From Escherichia coli (GTDB lineage: Bacteria; Pseudomonadota; Gammaproteobacteria; Enterobacterales; Enterobacteriaceae), in NCBI RefSeq assembly GCF_048403405.1, contig NZ_CP183129.1: 64,000 bases of DNA; one strand, written 5' to 3'. Each line of letters begins with the position of its first letter. Position 1 is the first letter of the stretch. The notes under the pieces were generated by a model that did not search any database, was not told the DNA's origin, and saw nothing but the letters and a program-made list of their open reading frames with translations. This document shows, one piece after another, positions 9,916 through 24,141 of the stretch. The position numbers and the translations under genes are program-made.

Positions 9916-11172
9916 CTACTCCAGCCCGAGGCCGTCGCGCAGAATATTCAGGCGTTCGTTATCCCCGTCACGGGCGGCCTGTTGAAGTGATTTCGTTGGC
10001 GCATGGATCAGGCGGTTAGTCAGTTTCCATGCCAGATCCTGCATAATGGCTTGCGCGTCGCCGCCCTGCTCAAGGGCCGCTAACGCTTTGGCGGTTAACT
10101 CATCGCGAACTTGCTCTGCCTGGCTGCGATACTCGCGAATGGTTTCGCTGGCGCTTTGTGCACGCAGCCACGCCATAAATTCGCTGGTTTCCTGGGCGAC
10201 AATAGTTTCCGCCTCAACTGCTGCGGCTTTACGCTGCGCCAGGTTATGCGAAATGATGCTTTGCAGATCGTCAACGCTATAAAGATAAGCATTCGCCAGT
10301 TTACCTACTTCCGGCTCAACATCGCGCGGAACTGCAATATCCACCAACAGCATCGGTTGGTTACGACGACTTTTTAATGCGCGCTCCACCATGCCTTTCC
10401 CGATAATCGGTAACGGGCTGGCGGTGGAACTAATGATGATATCGGCTTCGCGCAGACGCTCGTCGATATCGCTCAGGGCAATAACTTCCGCGCCGACTTC
10501 ATCTGCCAGAATTTGGGCACGTTCGCGAGTGCGGTTGGCGATAATCATCTTCTGTACTTTGTGTTCGCGCAGATGACGCGCCACCAGCTCGATGGTTTCG
10601 CCCGCACCCACCAGCAGTACCGTCACCGTAGAGAGCGATTCAAAGATCTGCCGCGCCAGCGTACAAGCCGCAAAAGCGACAGACACAGCACTGGCACCGA
10701 TATCTGTTTCAGTGCGAACGCGTTTCGCTACAGAGAAAGATTTCTGGAACATGCGTTCCAGTTCGCTGGCCTTCATATGACCTTTTTGCGAATCAGCAAA
10801 GGCTTTTTTTACCTGACCGAGGATCTGCGGCTCCCCCAGAACCAGTGAATCCAGGCCGCTGGCAACACGCATCAGATGGCTAACCGCGTCGTTATCCTGA
10901 TGCCAGTAGAGGCTTTTACGCAGGTCTTCTTCATTAAGATTGTGATAATCGCAAAGCCAGCGGATTAACGCCTCTTGCAGGTTATCCTGCTCTTCAACGC
11001 TAAGATAAAGTTCCGTGCGATTGCACGTCGACAGCACCACGCCGCCCTGCACCATCGGCTGCGCAAGCAGGCTGTCAAGCGCCTGATCGAGCTTATCCGG
11101 CGAAAACGATACACGTTCTCGCAGCGATACAGGTGCCGTTTTATGGTTAATACCGAGCGCTAAAAGGGTCAT
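9916..11172 (-). CDS. hemA: Glutamyl-tRNA reductase
   Basis: ORF 9916..11370 trimmed to the ATG at 11170-11172 giving [21 protein letters not shown]..., 418 aa. Confidence 0.95.
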
Positions 11173-11316
11173 GTCTGCGGGAAATAATACCAACGTTGAT
11201 AGGGTTAGTCTGCTTGCATCATACAGGATGCGTAAGATCAATAAAAGAGAGCGCCCCCTTTTGGAGTAATTGCCGAAAGCCGTTAGATTCTGGCAATTAA
11301 GACAACTTGAACATAG

Positions 11317-12008
<692 letters not shown>

Positions 12009-12009
<1 letters not shown>

Positions 12010-12860
12010 TGCGGACACAGTGGCCCTCTCCGGCAAAACTTAATCTGTTTTTATACATTACCGGTCAGCGTGCGGATGGTTACCACACGCTGCAAACGCT
12101 GTTTCAGTTTCTTGATTACGGCGACACCATCAGCATTGAGCTTCGTGACGATGGGGATATTCGTCTGTTAACGCCCGTTGAAGGCGTGGAACATGAAGAT
12201 AACCTGATCGTTCGCGCAGCACGGTTGTTGATGAAAACTGCGGCAGACAGCGGGCGTCTTCCGACGGGAAGCGGTGCGGATATCAGCATTGACAAGCGTT
12301 TGCCGATGGGCGGCGGTCTCGGCGGTGGTTCTTCCAATGCCGCGACGGTTCTGGTGGCGTTAAATTATCTCTGGCAATGCGGACTAAGCATGGATGAGCT
12401 GGCGGAAATGGGGCTGACGCTGGGCGCAGATGTTCCTGTCTTTGTTCGGGGGCATGCCGCGTTTGCCGAAGGCGTTGGTGAAATACTAACGCCGGTGGAT
12501 CCGCCAGAGAAGTGGTATCTGGTGGCGCACCCTGGTGTAAGTATTCCGACACCGGTGATTTTTAAAGATCCTGAACTCCCGCGCAATACGCCAAAAAGGT
12601 CAATAGAAACGTTGCTAAAATGTGAATTCAGCAATGATTGCGAGGTTATCGCAAGAAAACGTTTTCGCGAGGTTGATGCGGTGCTTTCCTGGCTGTTAGA
12701 ATACGCCCCGTCGCGCCTGACTGGGACAGGGGCCTGTGTCTTTGCTGAATTTGATACAGAGTCTGAAGCCCGCCAGGTGCTAGAGCAAGCCCCGGAATGG
12801 CTCAATGGCTTTGTGGCGAAAGGCGTTAATCTTTCCCCATTGCACAGAGCCATGCTTTAA
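12009..12860 (+). CDS. ispE: 4-diphosphocytidyl-2-C-methyl-D-erythritol kinase
   Basis: 283 aa, GHMP-kinase motif [14 protein letters not shown]; overlaps the lolB stop. Confidence 0.95.
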
Positions 12861-12884
12861 GCCGGGCAAGCTGAGTTTCGGTGA

Positions 12885-13958
<1,074 letters not shown>

Positions 13959-13976
13959 TCGAACCCGGCTCAAAGA

Positions 13977-13997
13977 CCCGCTGCGGCGGGTTTTTTT
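13977..13997 (+). terminator. Rho-independent terminator of prs
   Basis: Hairpin cccgc-tgcg-gcggg followed by a T7 run. Confidence 0.8.
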
Positions 13998-14082
13998 GTC
14001 TGTAATATCCATTTGTATGACCTATGCCTCCTTCACCTGCCATTTAGTTGACAGATGATGCGCTCACGGATGAAACATTATT

Positions 14083-15762
14083 GTGAACAAAATATTTTCC
14101 TCACATGTGATGCCTTTCCGCGCTCTGATCGACGCTTGCTGGAAAGAAAAATATACTGCCGCACGGTTTACCCGTGACCTGATTGCCGGGATAACCGTCG
14201 GGATTATTGCTATCCCGCTGGCAATGGCGTTGGCTATTGGTAGTGGTGTGGCACCCCAGTACGGTTTATATACCGCAGCTGTTGCGGGGATTGTCATTGC
14301 TCTGACGGGTGGGTCACGCTTTAGCGTTTCCGGTCCGACTGCGGCATTTGTGGTAATTCTCTATCCCGTTTCGCAACAGTTTGGACTGGCAGGACTGCTG
14401 GTCGCGACACTCATGTCAGGTGTCTTTTTGATCCTGATGGGGCTGGCACGTTTTGGACGCTTGATTGAATATATTCCGGTTTCCGTGACCTTAGGTTTCA
14501 CCTCGGGTATCGGGATCACCATCGGTACCATGCAGATTAAAGATTTTCTCGGTCTGCAAATGGCCCATGTCCCGGAGCATTATCTACAAAAAGTCGGCGC
14601 ATTATTTATGGCGTTGCCGACCATTAATGTGGGTGATGCTGCCATTGGCATTGTGACGCTTGGCATTCTGGTTTTCTGGCCGCGTCTGGGCATTCGTTTG
14701 CCTGGTCACCTTCCGGCCTTGCTGGCTGGTTGCGCGGTGATGGGGATTGTTAACCTGCTCGGCGGGCATGTTGCTACCATCGGATCGCAATTCCACTACG
14801 TTCTGGCAGATGGTTCTCAGGGTAACGGTATTCCGCAACTGCTGCCGCAACTGGTACTACCGTGGGACCTGCCCAATTCAGAATTTACCCTCACCTGGGA
14901 TTCTATTCGCACACTGCTGCCTGCGGCATTCTCAATGGCAATGCTCGGCGCAATCGAATCTCTGCTCTGCGCCGTGGTACTGGATGGTATGACCGGAACG
15001 AAACACAAAGCGAACAGCGAACTGGTTGGACAGGGACTGGGGAATATCATCGCCCCGTTCTTTGGTGGTATTACCGCTACAGCTGCCATCGCGCGTTCTG
15101 CCGCTAACGTCCGTGCCGGGGCAACTTCCCCTATCTCGGCGGTGATCCACTCTATTCTGGTTATTCTTGCCCTGCTGGTACTGGCACCGCTGCTCTCCTG
15201 GCTGCCGCTTTCCGCCATGGCTGCCCTGCTGTTGATGGTGGCGTGGAACATGAGTGAAGCGCACAAAGTGGTCGACTTGCTGCGTCATGCGCCGAAAGAT
15301 GACATCATCGTCATGCTGCTGTGCATGTCGCTGACTGTGCTGTTTGATATGGTTATTGCCATCAGCGTGGGGATCGTGCTGGCATCGCTACTGTTTATGC
15401 GTCGTATCGCACGTATGACTCGCCTGGCACCGGTAGTCGTAGACGTTCCAGACGATGTTCTGGTTCTGCGCGTTATTGGTCCGCTGTTTTTTGCTGCCGC
15501 TGAAGGCTTGTTCACGGACCTGGAGTCACGTCTTGAAGGCAAACGGATTGTGATTCTGAAGTGGGATGCCGTTCCGGTACTTGATGCTGGTGGTCTTGAT
15601 GCGTTCCAGCGTTTTGTGAAGCGTCTGCCCGAAGGATGTGAACTGCGCGTGTGCAACCTGGAATTCCAGCCACTGCGCACTATGGCTCGCGCAGGCATTC
15701 AACCGATCCCGGGCCGCCTTGCTTTCTTCCCGAATCGTCGCGCGGCGATGGCGGATTTATAA
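14083..15762 (+). CDS. dauA: SLC26/SulP-family C4-dicarboxylate transporter DauA (YchM) with STAS domain
   Basis: 559 aa; polytopic membrane region plus C-terminal STAS-like region. Confidence 0.9.
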   Translation: MNKIFSSHVMPFRALIDACWKEKYTAARFTRDLIAGITVGIIAIPLAMALAIGSGVAPQYGLYTAAVAGIVIALTGGSRFSVSGPTAAFVVILYPVSQQFGLAGLLVATLMSGVFLILMGLARFGRLIEYIPVSVTLGFTSGIGITIGTMQIKDFLGLQMAHVPEHYLQKVGALFMALPTINVGDAAIGIVTLGILVFWPRLGIRLPGHLPALLAGCAVMGIVNLLGGHVATIGSQFHYVLADGSQGNGIPQLLPQLVLPWDLPNSEFTLTWDSIRTLLPAAFSMAMLGAIESLLCAVVLDGMTGTKHKANSELVGQGLGNIIAPFFGGITATAAIARSAANVRAGATSPISAVIHSILVILALLVLAPLLSWLPLSAMAALLLMVAWNMSEAHKVVDLLRHAPKDDIIVMLLCMSLTVLFDMVIAISVGIVLASLLFMRRIARMTRLAPVVVDVPDDVLVLRVIGPLFFAAAEGLFTDLESRLEGKRIVILKWDAVPVLDAGGLDAFQRFVKRLPEGCELRVCNLEFQPLRTMARAGIQPIPGRLAFFPNRRAAMADL

Positions 15763-15816
15763 GTACGAGATTGACCAGTCAGCGCAAACTGACTGGTCAG
15801 CAAACTGCATTATTTG

Positions 15817-16095
15817 TTAGCTATGACGGCGATTATCGCTACGGCGGCAACGTTTGTCATAGTGGCGAACCCACCAGTAACGGTCGCACACCTGTTCATG
15901 CCCGCCAACACGGGCACCCGCCAGCCAGAGAATGGCACCGACGAAAATACTTAGCACTGCACCATGTGCGAAATACTGGGGCATATTAAACTGTGGTAAC
16001 TGGTTGAGGATTGAATACCCCACGCCGACCACCATTACCACCAGACCCAACCCCATGAGCACGTTACCGAGTAACGAAGCGTTTTTGCGTTTCAT
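15817..16095 (-). CDS. ychH: Small inner-membrane protein YchH
   Basis: 92 aa with two hydrophobic helices; position between dauA and pth. Confidence 0.8.
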   Translation of the reverse strand: MKRKNASLLGNVLMGLGLVVMVVGVGYSILNQLPQFNMPQYFAHGAVLSIFVGAILWLAGARVGGHEQVCDRYWWVRHYDKRCRRSDNRRHS

Positions 16096-16372
16096 ATGTC
16101 ACCTCCGGAACTTTCTGGGTTGTAACAGGGAATACCCCTCTTCCTTATGTGTAAAGTATAGACAACACCCTGTGGGTTATGTGCGGGCGTGATCACAATT
16201 ACAACCCTTATTTCAACAAAACTTTACAAATAAACGCCTGAACACCTTGACTTTCTAATAGTCCACTCAGGCAATTATTGCGTTATCTGCATTTGATACG
16301 CAGTTTTTTGTCAAGCGGGGCCGCAACCAGTAAACTACGCGCCAGTTATGTACACACTCAGGACAAAAAAAC

Positions 16373-16957
16373 GTGACGATTAAATTGATTGTCGGCCTGG
16401 CGAACCCCGGCGCTGAATACGCCGCAACGCGACATAATGCTGGTGCCTGGTTCGTTGACTTACTGGCAGAGCGATTGCGCGCTCCGCTGCGCGAAGAGGC
16501 TAAATTCTTTGGTTATACTTCGCGAGTCACCCTTGGAGGCGAAGATGTCCGCCTGTTAGTCCCGACTACATTTATGAATCTCAGCGGCAAAGCCGTTGCG
16601 GCGATGGCCAGTTTTTTCCGCATTAATCCGGACGAAATTCTGGTGGCCCACGACGAACTGGATCTGCCTCCTGGCGTCGCCAAATTTAAGTTGGGCGGTG
16701 GCCATGGTGGTCACAATGGACTGAAAGACATCATCAGTAAATTGGGTAATAACCCTAACTTTCACCGTTTACGCATCGGAATCGGTCATCCGGGCGATAA
16801 AAATAAAGTTGTTGGTTTTGTATTAGGCAAACCGCCTGTTAGTGAACAGAAGTTAATTGATGAAGCCATCGACGAAGCGGCGCGTTGTACTGAAATGTGG
16901 TTTACAGATGGCTTGACCAAAGCAACGAACCGATTGCACGCCTTTAAAGCGCAATAA
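16373..16957 (+). CDS. pth: Peptidyl-tRNA hydrolase
   Basis: 194 aa from a GTG start, [27 protein letters not shown]... Confidence 0.95.
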
Positions 16958-17073
16958 GTCGTTGTCTGCGGCATTTTTGCCGAGTGCCGTGTATAATAGG
17001 CAAAGTTATTTCCATTTCTGCAATCTGTTAGCAATAACAGGTTGATTATTAAGATATTAAGGTGATTTAAATC

Positions 17074-18165
17074 ATGGGATTCAAATGCGGTATCGTCGGT
17101 TTGCCCAACGTCGGGAAATCTACCCTGTTCAACGCGCTGACCAAAGCCGGTATTGAAGCGGCCAACTTTCCATTCTGCACCATCGAGCCGAACACAGGCG
17201 TCGTACCAATGCCTGACCCTCGCCTGGATCAACTGGCTGAAATCGTAAAACCGCAGCGTACGCTTCCCACGACCATGGAATTTGTCGATATCGCCGGTCT
17301 GGTAAAAGGCGCATCGAAAGGCGAAGGTCTGGGTAACCAGTTCCTGACCAACATCCGTGAAACCGAAGCGATCGGTCACGTTGTTCGCTGCTTTGAAAAT
17401 GACAACATCATTCACGTTTCCGGCAAAGTTAACCCGGCTGATGATATTGAAGTTATCAACACCGAACTGGCGCTGGCGGACCTCGACACCTGCGAACGTG
17501 CGATTCATCGCGTACAGAAGAAAGCCAAAGGTGGCGATAAAGACGCGAAAGCTGAGCTGGCGGTCCTGGAAAAATGCCTGCCCCAGCTGGAAAACGCAGG
17601 TATGCTGCGCGCGCTGGATTTAAGCGCTGAAGAGAAAGCGGCTATTCGTTACCTGAGCTTCCTGACGCTGAAACCAACAATGTACATCGCCAACGTCAAC
17701 GAAGACGGTTTTGAAAACAACCCGTATCTTGACCAGGTGCGTGAAATCGCGGCGAAAGAAGGTTCTGTTGTGGTTCCGGTTTGTGCTGCTGTTGAAGCAG
17801 ACATTGCCGAACTGGACGACGAAGAACGTGACGAGTTTATGCAGGAGCTTGGGCTGGAAGAGCCGGGCCTGAACCGTGTGATCCGTGCCGGTTATAAGCT
17901 GCTGAACCTGCAAACTTACTTCACCGCTGGGGTGAAAGAAGTACGTGCATGGACCATTCCGGTTGGTGCAACCGCGCCGCAGGCCGCTGGCAAAATCCAT
18001 ACTGATTTTGAAAAAGGCTTTATCCGTGCACAAACTATTTCGTTCGAAGATTTCATCACTTACAAAGGTGAACAAGGCGCGAAAGAAGCAGGCAAAATGC
18101 GTGCAGAAGGCAAAGATTACATCGTTAAAGATGGCGATGTAATGAACTTCCTGTTCAATGTCTAA
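17074..18165 (+). CDS. ychF: Ribosome-binding ATPase YchF (Obg-family GTPase fold)
   Basis: 363 aa; G1 motif [10 protein letters not shown]-terminal TGS domain. Confidence 0.95.
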
Positions 18166-18222
18166 TTAATTTGTTGTCTCATGAGGTTTCGCTAAATCTC
18201 ATGAAGAGCGCAAAAGTATATA

Positions 18223-18252
18223 AAATCCACGCAATTGCGTGGATTTTTCATT
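18223..18252 (+). terminator. Rho-independent terminator of ychF
   Basis: Hairpin aaatccacgc-aatt-gcgtggattt followed by a T-rich run. Confidence 0.75.
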
Positions 18253-19009
18253 TTACCGAGTCCTAACCATTCTTATAACATCCTACACTTTTGTGCTTAT
18301 TGCCTATAGTGAACCACCAGAATAATTAAAGACATAAGTGTTCAGATGAGGGATATCTCATTAGCAATGAGATAACGTAAGTTTGTGTTCCACTGCACAT
18401 CAGACACCTTTTACAGCTGATCAATATTGATCACGCTCCAATATGCTGGCGAGAAAAGGACTTGCCTGAAGGGCAATATCCAGCAGATAAAGCCCCCGAA
18501 TAACGTGATTACGTGCGATCCTGGCAAGATGAAAATGATAACCAGTAGCACGATAATAACGATAAGCCAGAAAATCCATTGATCAAAAATGAATATCGAT
18601 GTTTTTTGCTTTTTCTTATTAGTAATGCAAAAATGGCTCATATTGTTTTTGTTATGCAGATACATCAAGCGAAAATCCCATAACTAATTAGGATTATTAC
18701 CAAAAATATTCACCAAATTATTTAACCGCTGTTTGTTGTAATGTTTTTGTCATATTCATAGTAACGAATTGGAATAAGTAACGACAACTTAGGGAATAAC
18801 TCGATCTAAACTCACCTTTGTAAGGAGGATGTTAAATATATATTAATTCCTGTGTTCCTGATTTTGCCCGGTAATAGAGAATTATTCTCAGAGCAGCTCA
18901 TCATGATTGCACCATACAAATATCATGATGATAAGAGGATATTATTCATTGACTTAAACAAAATGACAAAATCCATAGACCCATAGCCTGGGTACTATAT
19001 AGGAGTGGT

Positions 19010-21895
19010 ATGGGCATCAAACAACACAATGGGAATACCAAAGCCGATCGTCTCGCTGAATTAAAAATCCGTTCGCCCTCCATTCAACTGATAAAATATG
19101 GCGCTATTGGTTTGAATGCAATTATCTTTTCCCCCCTGCTGATAGCTGCTGATTTAGGAAGTCAAAATGGCACCACTATTACTATTAGTGATGGTGACAG
19201 AATTACAGGAGATACCGCCGATCCATCAGGAAACCTCTATGGTGTAATGACCCCAGCAGGAAACACGCCTGGCAATATCAACCTGGGTAATGATGTCACC
19301 GTCAATGTCAACGACGCCTCTGGATATGCAAAGGGAATCGTTATTCAGGGCAAGAACAGCTCCCTGACAGCTAACCGACTTACAGTAGATGTTGTTAGTC
19401 AAACCTCTGCCATCGGCATTAATTTAATTGGTGACTATACCCATGCTGACTTAGGCACAGGCAGCACCATTAAGAGTAACGATGACGGCATCATTATTGG
19501 ACATAGCTCAACACTAACAGCCACTCAATTCACCATTGAAAACTCGAACGGTATAGGCCTAACCATCAATGACTATGGCACCAGTGTCGATCTTGGAAGC
19601 GGAAGTAAAATCAAGACCGATGGAAGTACAGGTGTTTATATCGGTGGTCTCAACGGCAATAACGCCAATGGTGCTGCGCGTTTTACGGCGACAGACCTGA
19701 CAATCGATGTTCAGGGCTACAGCGCCATGGGAATAAACGTACAGAAAAACTCTGTTGTCGATCTCGGAACAAACAGTACCATTAAAACCAATGGCGATAA
19801 TGCGCACGGCCTCTGGAGCTTTGGCCAGGTGAGCGCGAATGCACTCACTGTTGATGTAACTGGATCCGCGGCCAATGGCGTCGAAGTTCGTGGTGGTACA
19901 ACCACTATCGGTGCTGATAGCCATATTTCTTCCGCGCAGGGCGGTGGCCTCGTAACCAGTGGTTCAGACGCGACAATCAATTTTTCTGGCACGGCAGCGC
20001 AACGAAACAGCATCTTTTCCAGCGGTTCTTATGGTGCCTCAGCCCAGACGGCAACGGCTGTTGTCAACATGCAAAATACCGATATTACGGTTGATCGTAA
20101 TGGCAGTCTGGCGCTGGGTTTGTGGGCGCTCAGCGGCGGTAGAATAACCGGAGACAGTTTGGCTATCACCGGCGCGGCAGGAGCCAGGGGGATTTATGCC
20201 ATGACCAACAGCCAGATCGATCTCACGAGCGATCTGGTCATTGATATGAGTACACCCGACCAGATGGCCATTGCAACGCAACATGACGATGGTTATGCCG
20301 CCAGCCGCATCAACGCCTCGGGTCGTATGCTTATCAACGGTAGCGTTCTTTCCAAAGGTGGGCTAATCAATCTGGATATGCACCCTGGGTCGGTTTGGAC
20401 AGGTTCTTCCCTCAGCGATAATGTCAATGGCGGGAAACTGGACGTTGCAATGAATAACAGCGTCTGGAACGTAACAAGTAATTCTAATCTCGACACGCTG
20501 GCGCTGAGCCATTCAACTGTCGATTTTGCCAGCCACACGTCAACTGCCGGCACATTTACCACATTAAACGTAGAGAACCTGAGCGGTAACAGTACCTTTA
20601 TTATGCGTGCTGATGTTGTTGGCGAGGGTAATGGCGTTAATAATAAAGGGGATTTATTGAATATCAGCGGGAGTAGTGCTGGTAATCACGTATTGGCTAT
20701 CCGTAACCAGGGCAGCGAGGCCACAACGGGAAATGAAGTTCTGACAGTGGTAAAAACCACTGACGGCGCGGCCTCGTTCAGCGCGTCTTCTCAGGTTGAG
20801 TTGGGAGGATATCTGTATGATGTGCGTAAAAATGGCACTAACTGGGAGCTCTACGCTTCCGGGACAATTCCGGAGCCGACTCCAAATCCTGAGCCCACAC
20901 CAGCTCCCGCTCAGCCTCCCATAGTCAACCCCGATCCTACGCCTGAACCCGATCCTACGCCTAACCCCGCTCCCACGCCTAAACCCACCACGACTGCAGA
21001 TGCTGGCGGCAATTATCTCAATGTCGGTTACTTATTGAACTATGTTGAAAACCGTACGCTGATGCAACGGATGGGTGACCTGCGAAATCAGAGTAAAGAC
21101 GGTAATATCTGGTTGCGCAGTTATGGGGGAAGCCTGGACTCCTTTGCCAGTGGCAAACTGAGCGGCTTTGACATGGGTTACAGCGGTATCCAGTTTGGTG
21201 GGGATAAACGTCTCTCTGATGAAATGCCGTTGTATGTCGGTCTGTATATTGGCTCAACACATGCATCGCCGGACTATAGCGGAGGCGACGGTACCGCACG
21301 TTCAGACTACATGGGAATGTACGCCAGTTACATGGCACACAACGGTTTTTACAGCGATCTCGTAGTAAAAGCATCGCGCCAGAAAAATAGTTTCCACGTA
21401 CTGGACAGTCAGAACAACGGCGTTAACGCCAACGGCACTGCGAATGGAATGAGTATCTCCCTGGAAGCCGGGCAGAGGCTCAACCTGTCCCCTACTGGTT
21501 ATGGGTTCTATATAGAGCCGCAAACCCAGCTCACATACAGCCACCAGAATGAGATGGCTATGAAGGCGAGTAATGGCCTCAATATACATCTGAATCACTA
21601 CGAATCGCTGCTGGGGCGTGCCAGCATGATACTGGGGTATGACATCACCGCAGGCAACAGCCAGCTGAATGTCTATGTGAAGACTGGCGCTATCCGCGAG
21701 TTTTCAGGGGATACCGAATATCTGTTGAACAACTCCCGGGAGAAGTACAGTTTCAAAGGTAATGGCTGGAATAATGGCGTGGGAGTCAGTGCACAGTATA
21801 ACAAACAGCACACATTCTATCTCGAAGCGGATTACACGCAGGGTAACCTCTTTGATCAGAAGCAAGTCAACGGAGGATATCGCTTCAGCTTTTAA
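19010..21895 (+). CDS. ycgV: AIDA-like autotransporter adhesin
   Basis: 961 aa: N-terminal signal region, repetitive Gly/Thr/Asn-rich passenger, Pro-rich linker (PEPTPNPEPTPAPAQPP...), C-terminal beta-barrel ending in ...YRFSF. Confidence 0.8.
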   Translation: MGIKQHNGNTKADRLAELKIRSPSIQLIKYGAIGLNAIIFSPLLIAADLGSQNGTTITISDGDRITGDTADPSGNLYGVMTPAGNTPGNINLGNDVTVNVNDASGYAKGIVIQGKNSSLTANRLTVDVVSQTSAIGINLIGDYTHADLGTGSTIKSNDDGIIIGHSSTLTATQFTIENSNGIGLTINDYGTSVDLGSGSKIKTDGSTGVYIGGLNGNNANGAARFTATDLTIDVQGYSAMGINVQKNSVVDLGTNSTIKTNGDNAHGLWSFGQVSANALTVDVTGSAANGVEVRGGTTTIGADSHISSAQGGGLVTSGSDATINFSGTAAQRNSIFSSGSYGASAQTATAVVNMQNTDITVDRNGSLALGLWALSGGRITGDSLAITGAAGARGIYAMTNSQIDLTSDLVIDMSTPDQMAIATQHDDGYAASRINASGRMLINGSVLSKGGLINLDMHPGSVWTGSSLSDNVNGGKLDVAMNNSVWNVTSNSNLDTLALSHSTVDFASHTSTAGTFTTLNVENLSGNSTFIMRADVVGEGNGVNNKGDLLNISGSSAGNHVLAIRNQGSEATTGNEVLTVVKTTDGAASFSASSQVELGGYLYDVRKNGTNWELYASGTIPEPTPNPEPTPAPAQPPIVNPDPTPEPDPTPNPAPTPKPTTTADAGGNYLNVGYLLNYVENRTLMQRMGDLRNQSKDGNIWLRSYGGSLDSFASGKLSGFDMGYSGIQFGGDKRLSDEMPLYVGLYIGSTHASPDYSGGDGTARSDYMGMYASYMAHNGFYSDLVVKASRQKNSFHVLDSQNNGVNANGTANGMSISLEAGQRLNLSPTGYGFYIEPQTQLTYSHQNEMAMKASNGLNIHLNHYESLLGRASMILGYDITAGNSQLNVYVKTGAIREFSGDTEYLLNNSREKYSFKGNGWNNGVGVSAQYNKQHTFYLEADYTQGNLFDQKQVNGGYRFSF

Positions 21896-21994
21896 GTGCG
21901 GGATAGACAAGCCCTTAAACGATGCTGAAAAATGTTAGCGTGCGCCGGAATGAAATACAGATCTCTCTGATGTATCAGAAATCGTTTCTGTCTT

Positions 21995-23923
21995 TCATAC
22001 CCGGCGCTTAAACTGCCCTGCATCAATGCCATGTTGCTTCATTTTCCGCCACAGCGTAGTGCGGCCGATTCCAAGTAAAGCCGACATTTCCTGAATGCGA
22101 CCGCCTGTGACCTGGGCTGCGTTAATAATTGCCTCTTTTTCAACTTCCGCAAATGACAGACTGGTGGAAAGGCGGGTGGCGCTGACATCATCTGTCGCCT
22201 GCTCGGTAAACAGATGTTCAGGTAAATCACTGACGCGAATGCGCCCGTTATCACTACTCAGAGCAAGATTCTCGATGACGCTGTAAAGTTCAAAATCGTT
22301 GCCAGGCCATGCACAGGAAACCAGGCGAGCGAGGGCATCGTCATCAATTTTCAGCCGCGTAGAGAAGCGTTTTTCAAGACTGTGTAATTTGTTATTCACC
22401 AGCGCCGGAATGCTGCCACGCCGCATACGCAGAGGCGGGATGGTAATTTCAAATGCATGCAGCGCGTAATACAGCTGGCGACTAAAGCGATTTTGTTCCA
22501 CCAGCATTGCGAGGTCCGCGGTCGTTGTGGCAATCACTTTGACATCAATGGGTATTAAACGCCGCGCATCCAGTCGCGTGATAACACCCTGCTTGATAAC
22601 CTGAAGCAAAGCAGACTGTAACTCCACCGCCAGATATTCAATCTTTTCAAGAAACAGCGTGCCGCCGTGCGCCAGTTCCAGCCGACTCAGACGGCCATTT
22701 TCATTATCCGTGCGATCGCCACCAATAAATTCTTCCGCCAGCGCCGCATCACCATATAACTCACAATTGACGGCAATATAAGGCCCCGCTGCACGCTCGC
22801 TTTCATTATGAATTGCCTGACTTAGCAGTGCCTTGCCCACGCCCTCCTCTCCACAAAGCAGGACAGGAAAGCTACTGCGCGCCGCCTGGCGACCAAAATG
22901 AATCAAGCGGCGGGTTTGCGGATCCTCTTGTGGCATATGAGCGAAAGTATGGCTGACTTTTCCTAATTGACTGGTCATTAACTGCCGCATCTGTTCCACA
23001 GGATGGAGCAACAAAATAAAGCTGGTTCCCTGCGTTTCTATTATCGGTTTAAGGGTTATCACCGCATCAATAAACTGATGCTGACTTTCAAAGGTTGCTT
23101 CTACGTGTTTGAGCGGATGTGCCTGTTTTATTGCTTGTTGCAATACGGCGGGTAACGTTAAGAGTTCAGTGATTGCCCTTCCCTGACTTGCCGTCGCGTC
23201 AAGGCGCAAGACCCGCGCCGCCTGGGCGTTGATAAATTGCAAATTACCCTGCTCGTCCCAGCTAATCACCCCATCATCCATACTTTCTAACAGGGCATTA
23301 AGTTGATTTAAATGACGGTTAGTTTCAGCGAGCAAACTGTCCGTCAGCAGTAAATTACCGACCTCTCGGGCGATTGCCAACGTCAACGGCAAATCAGCTG
23401 CGGTAGTTTGCTCAACCGGACACGCCAGCGCTATTGTTCCCGTCAATCGGCCCTTGCTGTCAAACAACGGCGTTGCACAAAAGGCCCAGTTCCAGAGTGC
23501 CTGTTTGAAATGTTGATCGGCCATCGTTTTCACGGCCTGACCAGAGATAGCCGCTAACGATAGCGCACAAGTACCAATAATTCCCTCGGCGCAATACGTG
23601 CCGTCATTGAATCCCAGTGCACTTAGCTGCTGCAAGGTTTGCGGATCGCCATTACGGCTGAGAATGCAGGCGGTTTCATCGAGGATAAACAGCGCACACT
23701 CTCGCGGTGCCATATATTCCCAGGCATCTTCCAGCGCAGCCTGCCCGAGCGTCAGCATCGCTTTCTTACGCCGATAAATAGACGCAAATGTCACGCCCTG
23801 GGCCTGGTGTGGTACGTTCCATGTCTCCCGTTTCATCAGCTTAATGCATCGCTCCCAGGAGGTTGCAATTAAGGGAGATATGTCCCGACCATCGTTGTTA
23901 AAAGCGCTACTCATATCCCGCAT
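21995..23923 (-). CDS. dhaR: Sigma-54-type enhancer-binding activator of the dha operon
   Basis: 642-aa ORF (the true start may be the second Met at 23914); AAA+ sigma-54 interaction motifs (GEEGVGK, GAFTGA-like) and a C-terminal helix-turn-helix; divergent from dhaK. Confidence 0.9.
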   Translation of the reverse strand: MRDMSSAFNNDGRDISPLIATSWERCIKLMKRETWNVPHQAQGVTFASIYRRKKAMLTLGQAALEDAWEYMAPRECALFILDETACILSRNGDPQTLQQLSALGFNDGTYCAEGIIGTCALSLAAISGQAVKTMADQHFKQALWNWAFCATPLFDSKGRLTGTIALACPVEQTTAADLPLTLAIAREVGNLLLTDSLLAETNRHLNQLNALLESMDDGVISWDEQGNLQFINAQAARVLRLDATASQGRAITELLTLPAVLQQAIKQAHPLKHVEATFESQHQFIDAVITLKPIIETQGTSFILLLHPVEQMRQLMTSQLGKVSHTFAHMPQEDPQTRRLIHFGRQAARSSFPVLLCGEEGVGKALLSQAIHNESERAAGPYIAVNCELYGDAALAEEFIGGDRTDNENGRLSRLELAHGGTLFLEKIEYLAVELQSALLQVIKQGVITRLDARRLIPIDVKVIATTTADLAMLVEQNRFSRQLYYALHAFEITIPPLRMRRGSIPALVNNKLHSLEKRFSTRLKIDDDALARLVSCAWPGNDFELYSVIENLALSSDNGRIRVSDLPEHLFTEQATDDVSATRLSTSLSFAEVEKEAIINAAQVTGGRIQEMSALLGIGRTTLWRKMKQHGIDAGQFKRRV

Positions 23924-24141
23924 CCCTTATGACAAAAGGTGTTCCGGCTCGCAATTTTAAGTATTAATACACGTAAAAGTTTCAATATGGAACATTCATT
24001 AAAGAATATGTTTCACTATGAAACATAATTTGGGCTAATTTTCTTTTCCCTTGCCTGATGCACAATGGATTCATCGGCAGTCAGTGGTCGCCGTGTCGTT
24101 GAACATCATCCATGCCCTACCGTAATTGCTGGAGCAAAATA

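Noticed and set aside
18411-18668. 85-aa AT-rich hydrophobic ORF between ychF and ycgV
   Set aside because: Lies in the AT-rich upstream region of ycgV, has a low-complexity sequence and no ribosome-binding site; more likely promoter or curved DNA than a gene.
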